Source: Lama glama (Eukaryota). Taken from it: a DNA stretch of 64,000 nucleotides. Each line of letters starts with the position of its first letter. The first letter of the stretch is position 1. The position numbers and the translations under genes are program-made. The DNA is taken from the NCBI GenBank assembly GCA_028534125.1, contig CM052816.1, forward strand, positions 72,542,001 through 72,606,000. Direction: 5' to 3'. A model generated the notes under the pieces. The model saw only the letters and a program-made list of their open reading frames with translations. It did not search any database and was not told the origin of the DNA. Below are positions 15,480 through 27,500 of the stretch, piece by piece.

Positions 15480-16345
15480 GTACTCTGCCCTCTTAACTCC
15501 TCTCTCCCCTACAACTTCCGTTCTTAGGATTTCTTATCTCAGTAATAACAACCTCATTCTTCTAGTCATACTGTTGGGAGGGAGACCTTGGGGTCATCCC
15601 TGCCTCCTCTCTTTCTCTCACATCCCACATCTGCAAATCCTGCTGGCTCTACACTCAGAACAAATAACTAGTAGCTTATGATTTCTCTTTGCCTCCACTG
15701 ATACCACTTTGCTAAAAAGTACTATCATTTTTTGCCTGGATTTTTGCTTTAGCTTTTAACTGGTTTCATGTTTCCATCCTTGCCAACCATCAGTCAAAAT
15801 CTCAATGAAGCAGCAGGAAACATTCTTTTAAAAACATCATGTCACTCTTTTGCTTAAAAAAAAAAATAAATTTCCCATGTCAGAGTGAAAATCAAAGACT
15901 ATACTACAGTTTGTGAGGTGCTATCTGTTCAACTTCTGTACCTCCAGCCCCTGCAACCACATCACAATTAATTACCTTTCTGAACTCAACTGCTACCATG
16001 CTTCCCTTTCCTCTTGCTCACTCTGTTAGCAGTTCCTCCAACATACCAAATATGTTCTTGCGTCAGAAACTTTGCACATAATATGGCCTATGCGCACTCT
16101 GAAACTCATCCTCTAGTTTGTTCAGTTAACTTTGTATCACTGAAGTCTCTCCTGATCATCCATTCATCAATATATAAGATACATGTTTTACTTATGTATT
16201 TGTTTGTTATCTGTCTTCCTCCACTAGAAAAATATGAGTGTATAACTTTGCCAGTTTTATTCCTCAATTCCCAGGACCTAGAAGTGGTTGGATTTAAGAC
16301 AGGTAGCATATAGCAAATAGTTATTCACTGAATAAACTAATGAAT
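15480..16345 (+). mobile_element. L2a-like element, 3' portion
   Basis: GGGTCATCCCTGCCTCCTCTCTTTCTCTCACATCCCACATC, CTGTCTTCCTCCACTAGAA and terminal AATAAACTAATGAATGA. Confidence 0.8.
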
Positions 16346-16609
16346 GATAAGGCTGAAGAAGTTAGATTTTAATAGGAAATGCTGGACGTAGGAAAACTGG
16401 AAAGGAAGGTTAGTTCAGTTTGCTCTCCCTCAGTCTGTTTTCCACTTTCTTACTCCTCTCCTGGGAGGCTGGTAGCTGGGTGATGAAAAGAACATGGAGT
16501 TTAGAATCAGAAAGACTTGGGAGTGATTCCTTAGAGACATCGGACAGGTTGTTCCTCATTCTGAGACTTTGTTGTTCAAACATTAATTGGTGCTAAGAAT
16601 ATAAATTGT

Positions 16610-17052
16610 CTAGTGCAGTTTTTGGCAGAGATCCTCTCCATTTCCTTTAGATACTGGGGACCACTTCCTCGCATGCCTGCCCAGGTTCTGTGTGCTTCCT
16701 TAGGGCTACTAAAGCTGCTGCGTGTGTGATGTTAGAGGCAGAAGTACCTAGGAGTTTATATCCACCCACCCTCACCTCAAGGTCCTTAGATGTTGACTGA
16801 CGTGTGTGGGGATATAGAAGTTCCGTTTCCTTGCCTCTGGTTTGGATAAACTCTGAGATCCCCTCCAGAATAAGACTGAAGCTTCCCTTCATTCAGAATT
16901 TTACGTGAATTTGCAAATGTCCCTCGGTTCTTTCCCTTCCCTATCTTGCTTCCAGCACTTCCTTATGTTTTTCCTGGAAGTGCTTCCTCAATAAGTGACT
17001 TACACACAAATCTTGATCTCAGGGCTGCTTTGGGGGAACCAAATCTAAGAAT
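16610..17052 (+). mobile_element. ERVL LTR (LTR16-like)
   Basis: 3' end CTTCCTCAATAAGTGACTTACACACAAATCTTGATCTCAGGGCTGCTTTGGGGGAACCAAATCTAAGA matches the LTR16-family terminus. Confidence 0.7.
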
Positions 17053-17649
17053 TTTCCAATAATAAATGTCAGGAGGAATCATTGATAAGTTAGAACCCAG
17101 TGGTTACTTCATGCTTGTTTTCAATCTAAAGAAAACGTTCCTAATCCTAAAGCATTAAGTAATTTAGATTCTCAACAATTTTGTATAAGAAAAGAGTGTC
17201 ACGCCCATCAAGGGGACTTGAATTTTCAACTTTGGAATCACTTTTCCTCATTCTCCGTCGTGTTGATAAGATCAAGGCAGATAGGTTTGTATTGTGTGTT
17301 TATTTGCTAGTTCTGTTTGCTGTAACACTGTGATTTTAAGAGTCAGTCTTCTAATACTCAGTTGATTACTTAATTTCTTAGTGTTGCTCTTCTTCCCCTT
17401 TCCAAGAAGGCCATCTTCACCTGTGCCCAGCCCACTCACTCCTCAATCTCCAGGCCATTCCCTCCTCTTTAAAACGCAGATAATACAGCTGACACACTCC
17501 TTTCTCTAGTTCTTTCTGTACTAATATTCCTTGTAATAGAATTTAGCATACTTTCCAACACGGTTTCTTTCTCTTACTTTTTCAAGTTTTGTTTCTCTCC
17601 TATGTCTCACTAGATGACAGCTAAAATGTGAAAAGAGACTTTTTTGTTT

Positions 17650-20233
17650 CTGTTTTTTTAAATTTCAACTTTTATTTTGAGATAATTATAGATTTACATA
17701 TATGAAATGATACAGAGATCTCATATCCCCTTTACCATTTCCCTTCATGGTAATATCTCGTAAGACTCTAGTTCAATATCGCAGTCTGGATATTGGCATT
17801 GACAGAGCCGACAATAGAACATTTCCATTACCACAAAGATCTGTCATGTTGTCCTTTCATAACCATCCCCATTTCCCTCCCACTCCTACTTCCTTCTTAA
17901 CTCCTGGTAATCAGTAATCTATTCTTCATTTCTGTAATTTAGTAATTTCAATTATAATACATAAGTGGAAGTGCACAGTATTTAACCTTTTGGGTTTAGC
18001 TTTTTTACTCAGTATAATTCTGTGGAAATTCATTCAGTTTTCTTTCTTTCTTTTTGATTGGTATTCACTTTGCCTTTTTGGCTCCTTTTTTCTTTTTCCT
18101 CTTTTTTTTTTTTTTTTTTTTTTTTGCCTTTGCACTGGCTGGAACTTCCAGCAGTATGTTGAATAAGAGAGAGAAGAGCAAACATGCTTGACTTCCCAAT
18201 CTGACAGGGAAACATTATTCAGTCTTTTATCATTAAGTACAATGTTAGCTGTATTTTGTTAATATTTTCTTTTTGTAAATTGAGGAAACTTTTCTCTATT
18301 TCTATTTTTCTGAGAGATTTTATTATGAGTGGGTACTGAATTTTGTCAAATGCTTATTTTGAATTGGTATGATCATATGGTTTTTCTTTTTATCCTGTTA
18401 ATATAAGAAATTACAGTGATAGGTTTTTGAAGTAATCAACAATCATTCATGGAATAAACCCCACCTGGTCATGCTGTATAATTCTTTCTATAAATTGAAT
18501 CATTAAATTTGCTGAGAACTTTTGTTTCCATATTCATGAGACATGTTGATCTGTAGTTTTATTTTCTGTACTGTCTTTGTCTGATTTTGGTATCAGGGTA
18601 ATATTAACTTTATAAATGAATTGAAAAGTATTTCCTTCTCCCTCTGTTTTCTGGAAGAAATTGTATGGAATTGATGTTAATTCTTTGAATATTCAGGAGA
18701 ATTCTCCAGTGTAACCATCTGGGCCTGGAGATCTTTCTTTTGGGAATGTTTATAATCATAAATTTAATTTCTTTAATTGTTACAGAGCTATTAAAATGAT
18801 GAATTTAATATTTGATAAGTTGTGGTAGTCTGTGTTTTGAGGAAGTATCCCATTTCATCTGTGTTGTCAAATTTATGTGTGTAGAGTTATGTCTAGCATA
18901 CTTGGATTATTCTTTTGATGCTGCCGGGTCTGTAGTGATACTGCCTGCTTCATTCCCAGTATTGGAAAGTTATGTCTTCTCTCTTTTATTTTGGTAACGT
19001 TGCTGGAGATGTGTCAATCTTATTGTTTTCTTAAAGAACCAGATTTTTATAGCATTGATTTTTTTCAATTGTTTTTCTGTTTTCAATTTCACTGGTTTCT
19101 GCTCATATCTTTACTATTTCCTTCCTTTTTCTTGCTTACAGTTTAGCTTGCTTTTTTTTTTTTCTTTTTTTTTTTAGGATCTTGAGATGGGAGTGTAGAT
19201 GACTGATTTGAGACTTTTTAGCTTTTCTAATGTATATTTCCCTCTCAAGACTGCTTTAACTATTCCCCACAAATTTTTATGTGCTGTATTTTAATCTTTA
19301 TTCAATGCAATTTTTTTTTTTGAGTTTTCCTCTTTAAACCATGGATTTTTTTTAAAGGTATGTTGTTTAGTTTCCAAGTGTTTTGCAGATTCTGTTATAT
19401 TTTTGTTATTGGTTTCTAGTTTGATTTCATTGTATTTAGTAGAGATATTGTGTGATTTTAATTTTTTAAGATCGCTGACGTTTGTGTTATGGCCAAAGAT
19501 AGGGTCTAAATTGGTATTTGTTTTGTGGGCACTTGAAAAGAATGTGAATTCTATTGTCTAGTAAACTGTTCTATCAATGCAGTTATATCCTCTTGCTTAA
19601 TGGTCCATTGAGTTCCTCTATACCTTTGATGATTTTCTCTGTAGTTATTCTTTCCTTTTTTAAGAGGGGAGTTGAAATCTCCATATATAATTGTGTAGTT
19701 GTCTATTTCCCCAGTTCTGTTAATTTTTGCTTTATGTATTTTGATTGATGCATATATATTTAGGATTGCTATATCTCTTTTGTGAAACTACCCTTTTATC
19801 ATCATATAAAATCACTCTTTGTCTCTGATAACTTTCTTTGCTTTGATGTCAAATTTGGCCTTTGTTGTTGTACATGAGTATTTTTTCTTTGGTATTTTCC
19901 TGGAATAAAGTGATTATTGTCTGAAAAATTTCTGCTTTCCTGGATGTTCTTTGTCTAGAGAGAGAACATGCTTTTGTTAGAGATTTTTGTTTGTTTATTT
20001 GTATGTACCTGTTTGTGTTTTTGGATTGCAGTCTCTGAAATATACGAAGTAAAAAGAAAACTTAGGGAAGTACCATAACCCTTTCTTTGGGTTCAAACGT
20101 TTCTAGCTAATCTGCCTTCTTCTACCTTTCAGAGTGTCCTCATGTTTGTTACTTGTAAAATATCACTTTTTTTTTCAGTAATATTTAGGAAGGAATAGGA
20201 AAAGTATGTTCATCTTCCTGGGATCAGAAGTCA
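17650..20233 (-). mobile_element. L1M (L1MC-like) element: 3' UTR, ORF2 remnants and probable 5' end, internally deleted
   Basis: Starts TTTTATTTTGAGATAATTATAGATTTACA (antisense 3' end). ORF2-type TTTTGGTATCAGGGTAAT and CCATCTGGGCCTGGAG. Ends GGAATAGGAAAAGTATG..CATCTTCCTGGGATCAGAAGTC, resembling an L1M 5' terminus. Confidence 0.8.
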
Positions 20234-22249
20234 GAAGAGATTTTGTTGTTGTTGGGTATTTTGTATCATACACAATTTGAAGTATATATGAATAATTCAA
20301 TAACTGCTAATTTCATTATTGGTAAGTTGAAATAAACACATAAAACAAATTAGAAATAGAGTAAACTGTCATCTAATATGTAGTGATGAGATAAATGCTT
20401 TGGGATATAGTTTGGTAAATCATGGGCTTAAACCAAAAATAGCCACAGCCATGATATTATAAACTAAACAGCAGATTATACTCTAAGGTGCCCCTAATGT
20501 TAGTGTTTTAAAATAGTAGATATAATCATTTTTAAAGTTTATAAATATTAGGGTTTTCCACTGCTAAATCCATACCTTCTGCCAAACCACAGAATTCTTC
20601 TCCATGTCCTGAGGAAAATTTATTAAGTGGCAGTTCTTATTAAGGTAACTGTATTCTAGCTTCAGAAAAGCTATTTAGAGGCAAGAAAGACCTTTGCCAA
20701 GGTGTCCAGTAAAAATTTGTTCCTGTAATTTTATGTGGGACAAGCATTTGGTGCCTAGGTCACATTAAGACTTATTTCAAACTCTCAGAATGACTGGGAG
20801 GGAATTTTGACTTTTTGGTGTACACTTAGATAAGATGAGCATTGCTAGGAGAAACTTTTAATGATACTTTATATTTGTGGATATAATATTTGGAAACTTC
20901 TATAATGTAGTTTTAAAATGAGTTCTGTCCTTACACTTGTCATTCTAAGTAAGTGAGCTGCCTCACGTATTGTTCTGGTTTCCATAAAACTGTTTAATAA
21001 GTTAAGTGTTTATAATTTGTGGGACCATGTAAAAGAGAAAGAGAACAGTAAAAAAATTAACAGAAGGAGAACATAGCTTCCTAATTATGTTCAAAAAGTG
21101 ATATTGTGAGATTCAGTCTAAAATAGAAAAATCTGCGTTTTTTGTTTAAAAGCTTCTCCTTCTGTTAATGTGTGATCTATGAGGGATAAAACATACCACA
21201 ATGGAAAAGGAAGGGGATCAGGTTTTGAAACAAGTAGGCTCTTTTACCTAGTGCTTAACCAAAACGTGTTAATTTGTGTTACATGATTTGTGTCATAATA
21301 TCCCATGTGTTGCACTGAGTTGTTACCAGAGACTGAGAATATTCCAGTTTACATTTAGTAAGTCAAGTGTAAGCAGATCTCATATGGCGTACATCCAAAT
21401 TTCAGTGTATTATTGGTGCCATCATCATCTGGTTGATAATTTTTTAATAGTGATGAAGTACACTGCCTTAGCTCATTAAGAGTGGGGCAGTTTGATTTTT
21501 ATAAATGTAGAGAAGCTGCAAAGAGATATTGATATATTGTGTAATATCTTTTCAGTGTTTCTCACACTTATTGATTGTAGCCTCTCAAAAAGCTCTCAAA
21601 TGAGGGAGTTTCTGCATATTTACTTCTAAATTAGAGAGGATGCCTTGAGATACATAGTTAAAAGTGACCCCAAAACTGGACTATCAATAAAAAAAATCTA
21701 AGATGTAGCCCTAGATATCATTAATCCAGATTTCTCTTACTCCAGGAAAAAAATCACTTAAACTTATTATAACCCAATCTCCTCATCCACAAAATACAAA
21801 AGCTGCCCTAGATCAATGATATTCAAATCAGGGTCTTGGAGTTCTAAATTTTGCAGCGGCATGTCAGGGCTGCCTCAGGACACTGGGGTTTTGGGCTTCC
21901 TTAACCAAAGTAGCCTTAATTCTGTTTGGTTATAGATCAAGATTCTCTATAAAATTTAATTAAAAATAAGTTCTACTTTAAAAACCAAAGTTATAAAACC
22001 ATGTACAAGATTCTTTCTGATTCCTCCCTGCTATGTGGTTACCTGATTTACCAAAGATTGTAGAGGGAGATACTGATAGGTCAAAAAAATAAATTCTTTA
22101 TACCAGAACAAAGAGTCTAGATTTTTAATTTTTTATTTAGAATTGTAAAAGTAAATTTTTTATGTTTATTTTTGGTTTTGTTTTTTCAGTAACAGGAAAA
22201 CAATAGTGCTTCATTTTAACAATGTGCAGAATTAGGGCTAGACAATATT

Positions 22250-22930
22250 TATGGCTTGACCTTATGCTATTTTGAGTCAAAGTTCAAGATATATATAAAT
22301 CTTGGATTCAGGGTGATTTTAATCAAGGAGTAAAGAAAATTTTATTAAAGGTTACCAAGAGCTTAGCAGTGTATATCTTTAGGAAGAATAGCATGCCTCT
22401 GAGTATAATTTCTTCCTAAAAGGGACCAGGGCTTTTTGGAGAAGTGGCTGACTCCATTGGAATGAGGCAGGAAGTATATGAGTTAACCTGGAACGTCCTG
22501 TCACACCAGAAAGCACACAGACAGACTGTCAGACTGTTGAAGGCATGACAAGAGGACTTGAGAGCCATTCTGAAGATGTGCTTACTGCTCAGTGATGGAA
22601 CAACTTGAACAACAACAAATAACTACAGTGGACTGAGGCACTGCAAACAATATATAAGTCTATGAACTCATAACCATTTCCTACTTCCCCATCCCACTTC
22701 CCCTGCCAAAACAAACAAACAAAACCCTTGTTGCTCACTTTTAGAGGATTCTAGTGAGCTAATTTATTATTTTGATGACTGGTAAATAAAATGAAAATTC
22801 AGTCATAATTCAAAAAATGTTAAAGGACAATTGAGGAAATTTGAATGCTGGCTGGGTGTTTTGAGATACTCAGAAGTTAGTGTTGTGGATATATTACACA
22901 ATATTCTTTACCTTTGAATATATGTGAAAT
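22250..22930 (+). mobile_element. L1MC4-like 3' UTR fragment
   Basis: GGGACCAGGGCTTTTTGGAGAAGTGGCTGACTCC...CCTGGAACGTCCTGTCACACCAGAAAG. Confidence 0.65.
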
Positions 22931-24379
22931 TCAGTGTAATGTAATTTAAGAGGCAGTATTAAAATTGAAAATAAGACTCTGTTCTTAACTAAAATTCTAA
23001 TGCTGAGATATTGTCACTCCTAGAGTCAGTACAATATCTCCACATATAGGTGATTCTTAGAAGGTCCATCAGACCATCCCCAAACTGTGAATTAAGCTGG
23101 TAGTATAAACATAATAGATGCGAAGATATCTTCAGTCTGGCAGTGGACTCTTCCTTTCCACATTGCCTCTTTTATTCTGGATGCCAAAGATTCTTCCTGC
23201 CTATTTGCTAAAGTAAGTAAGGCTTACGATTTTCTGGGAAGATCTGGGGGTGGTGAGATGGATGGCAGTGCAATGAAGGTAGTTACACAGGCCAATTCAG
23301 TCACGTGGTCTCAAGAGCAGGAAGTCCTCCTGTTTTGGGCAAAGGCTGATGTACATGAAGTTGTCCATGGCCCCACGGTGAGGAGCTAATGGGGCCCCTC
23401 AGCGTGGACGTGCTCTGACTTTTCCTCAGATGCTAAGGATGGTCTCAGCACTGGCTCATTTCCGTTTTTGTACTGTCTCCTAAAACACTTGGCAGCCCCC
23501 AGAAACTGGCCCTGATTCTCTACACTGAGTCATCCCATGTCAGAACCCTCTTCTCTAACTCTGGTTCTCCAGAGTTAGGCGGGCTTGGGGCAGAGTGGTA
23601 GTTCTGAGACACAGCACTTTAACTCAGCTTCTTGAAAAACGAGTTGGAGGTGTAGATGCCAAAGCTGTGTTTAGTCTGGTTGAGAAAGGAGAAAGGGTAT
23701 TTCACATCGGGGGAGTAGCAAGAAAAAATCATGTAGGATGCTCTGGGCCAGTAACTAAGAGCAGCTTTGTGTTATTTGAACATAAAGAATGAGTCAGGAA
23801 CAAGGGGATAGGTCACATGCTCATGGTTTTTTACCAAAAAAGGTCTGGAGTAAGAGTGACATGGCTAGATTTGTTGTTTGGGTAGTTTTCTCTGATTGTG
23901 TGAAAAATGAACTCCAAGAAGCAAGACTAAAGCCCTGGCAGAGCTGTTACGGGCCTGAATGGGAAGAGGGCTAAGGGGAGAGGAGGGGAGGGGAGAGTTT
24001 TGAAGAAGAAATTTGATTGGCAGGAGTCCAGAAAGAGTCGAGGAATTCTACAGGCTCTCATCAATGCCTTTCCCTGACCCCCTCATCATTGTTGGCAAGA
24101 ATGAATAAGAGGCTTTAGATTTTTCTCCTGGCAGGAAACCCCCCCCCCCGCAGCCCCCCTCCTTTCACTGCCAACGTCATCACCATTATCTCTGTTGACA
24201 CCATCAGTAAAAATCTCATTAGGCCCTTTATCCCCATTTGCATCAGTCATCACAAGAACCCCAGGGACTCCCAGGTCATTCTTCATCCCTAGATTCTAAT
24301 CCCCATCTGGCTCCTTGAGCGGTGAGCCACTGCTCTTCCTTCTGGCTCTCCCTCTGCTCTTTCCCCAAGATTAATTTTT

Positions 24380-24585
24380 TCTCCAAGCATTTCTGACATA
24401 TTGTATATTTTACTTACTTATTTGATTGTCTCACATCCTCTCCCACCTCTAACTCTCCACCAGTGTGCACCAATGCAGAATGTAAGCTTTACAATGACAT
24501 CAATTTTTGTCTATTTATTCATGGTTATTTCTCCAGTATTTAGGACAGGATTGGGCACAATACACATTTGTAGAATGAGTAAATT
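24380..24585 (+). mobile_element. L2 3' tail
   Basis: TTACTTATTTGATTGTCT...AGAATGTAAGCTT...TTTGTCTATTTATTC...CATTTGTAGAATGAGT. Confidence 0.6.
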
Positions 24586-27500
24586 TCAAAGTAAAAACAG
24601 TGCTTGTCTAACAATTGTACTTTGAGGGCAAGGAAAAGAGAGCAGTTGAGACTGACTTCAGTTTTTTGGCTTAGATGACCTGATAGTATAATTTTAAACA
24701 TTTGATAAAATCAGAAGTAGTTTTCTTCCATATACTATACTAATTTTGGCTTCTTTATTTTAGGCAGAGCGCATTCCCCTGGCAATTTGTAAACACTTCA
24801 TGTTTTATGTGTTGCAAACAGTGAATTTTTTTTGGGAAAACATCACAGAAATTTAAGCATGCCTATTTTCAGCATGATAGTCTACAGAAAGAGTTTTCTA
24901 ATCCCATCTCCCAAGAATGTGAAAAAAATATTATTTGTATGTTATGTATCAGGGCAAAGCTATGAAGATAAATTTGTCCAAATACTTTCCTGGAACATTG
25001 GCATCAGTGAACAAGAATAAAATAAATAAAAAGAGATTTGGAATTGGGAAGAGAAAGTTGGAAAGATTTTCTTTTCGACATTTCTGAAGAAAGCCAGCCT
25101 CAGCAAAGGACAGTAACAGACATAGAAACACAAGGACATTAACAAGTGGTACCAAGTGCTGCATCAGCCAAGGATGAAACATCCACATTCTGAGGCATGT
25201 TTCAATTATCTTATCATCCCATAAGAAATCACTTCATACATGAATTAAAAAAAAAATCCTCCTAACTCCCTTCACTTCCATTTACACACTAAATCTGCTG
25301 ATATACAAATGACCCAAACATACATGTACACAGATTTCTATGAAAGATTTTATAATTTGGCTCCTGATTTATATTGGCTACTGCAGAGTCATGATATATA
25401 ATTCTATGTAAATGGCTAGGAGGATAGATGTAGAAATATAGTGCCAATTAGGAAAGGAAGTTAAATGGAAAATTGAAAATGGAGCTCTCGCTTACTGTCA
25501 CAGACAATATTTATATACCTTAAACATATTTTCATGTAATCATTACTACCATCCTGGAAAATATTTAGTATTTTCCCAATTTTACAAAAGAGGATAAAGA
25601 ATAAAGTCACTCAACTGTAAGTTGAGGGAATGAAAATCTAATCCATATGTGACTTCCAGGGGACAGCTCTTTGCATCTATTTCATACAATATTTCAGAAG
25701 AAAAAAAAATTTCTGTGTATGAGGTTCTAGAAGTCTCACTGTACAAAATGAAGAACATGGCCATTGCGTTTAGACTGCCAGCCCTTCCACGTTTTGTTGG
25801 CATTTATAAAATTCAACTAAATTTGGCTTAGAAGCAATACACATACTACAAGGAAACAGTTGTCTTGTGAGTGTTTTGGGAAGGAGGAGAGAAAGCAAGA
25901 ATGCATTGTGGGAGTGCAGACAAAGAGCAGTGTTCTTAATGTGCAGCGGTGACTAAGAAAGATTTCAAGCTTCAGAAAGAGTGGGAGAAACAAAGCCGAG
26001 TACAAGATTAACCTCGATTATAATAAAATGTAAAAACTAGGCGTTTCCACTCCACCTATCATGGACAAATTTTTTTTAACATATCCAAATATTTAAAAAA
26101 ATTATTTCATATTAGTATATGTGCTTCTTATTCAGTGGCAGGAACACATTTAACTGCAGCCTAAAATTAAACAAGGAAAATAATTTTTTAAATGCAAAAA
26201 GCACTTTTCTACTGAAGAAAAATAGTGGATAAGTCATGTAGATATGCCATTTTGGAGAATGGAATGATGCCTTTGAGATGTGCATGAAAGAGATTGCTAA
26301 TCCCATTCTTCTGTTACACTGTAAATTTAAAAGTCTGACCTACTTGGTATTTATTTTTGGCATGGCATCCATAACCTTATTTTATTTCTAAGTTCTAAAC
26401 TGTTGGCTAGACAAATGAACTTTTGGAACATAAGCATTCCTAATTACCAATCTGACTATGTTTACGAGTTTATGCTGAAGTCTGCAAAGGCCTCTATATA
26501 CCTGGGAACCAGTTAGTGATTGCACTGCTCCAAACCAACTCCTTCCTTGAAGTAGAAAGGGTTTTAATTCTGTGTCTGCTACTTCGTGGGATTTAGGATA
26601 ATTAAATAGACTCTGAACTTTGTCTCTATAATAGGATGATTGAGAAGATTAAATGAGGTAGCATATAAAAGCACAATGTTGGGCTATGTATGCATTCCAT
26701 AAGGATAATTGTTTTTGCCTTTTGCTTAATTAGGGGGCAAGAGATGAGTACAGAGGAAAAGAACAGAAAGAGAAAGGGAAAGTAGAAAAATGAAAGGAAA
26801 AAGATTGTATTGTTATAATACTTTATGTGAAGAAATCATTCAATTTCAACAAAAACAACTGTAGAATTAAAATCTTTGAGTGACCTCACAGGTCATGGGA
26901 ATAAAAACTATGTACTAGAAAAAAATATGTCAGTTAAGTGTCATTATCTTTCAGAGACGACTAAGTCTACAACATTTAAATGTTGATCAAGTTCCACAGG
27001 TAGAAATAATCCTATATCTTTATTATTTTCTGGGAAAAAGAAAAAGCTTTATAATTAGAGTATTACTGTAAATGAATCAATGAACGCTGCTGATATTTAA
27101 TAAAAAGACACCAAAGTAAGAAACAGGATAAACAGTTGCTTTTAACCATATTTTGTTATCAGAGTTTATATCAATACTATCTTATATATTCTTTAAGATG
27201 GCTTATGTTTGCAAAATTCCAATTATTTAGAAATCTATATATAACAAAGAAATATGTGCCATGACATGGATCAAATATTCCCCAAAAATACAAATAAATT
27301 TCATTTTCCTTTGTATTGATCATTTATTAAAAGGATTAAAATATATATTAAGCACCTGGCTTAAATACATTTGGTAAACTGATATCAAGTTTCTTTTACT
27401 ATAATAGTTTTTAAATTACAGATTTTTCTATTAGTCAAAAAATCCTAAACATGATTACATATCTATTGTAAGGCCTTCTGGGTATAGGAGAAAATTTTCC

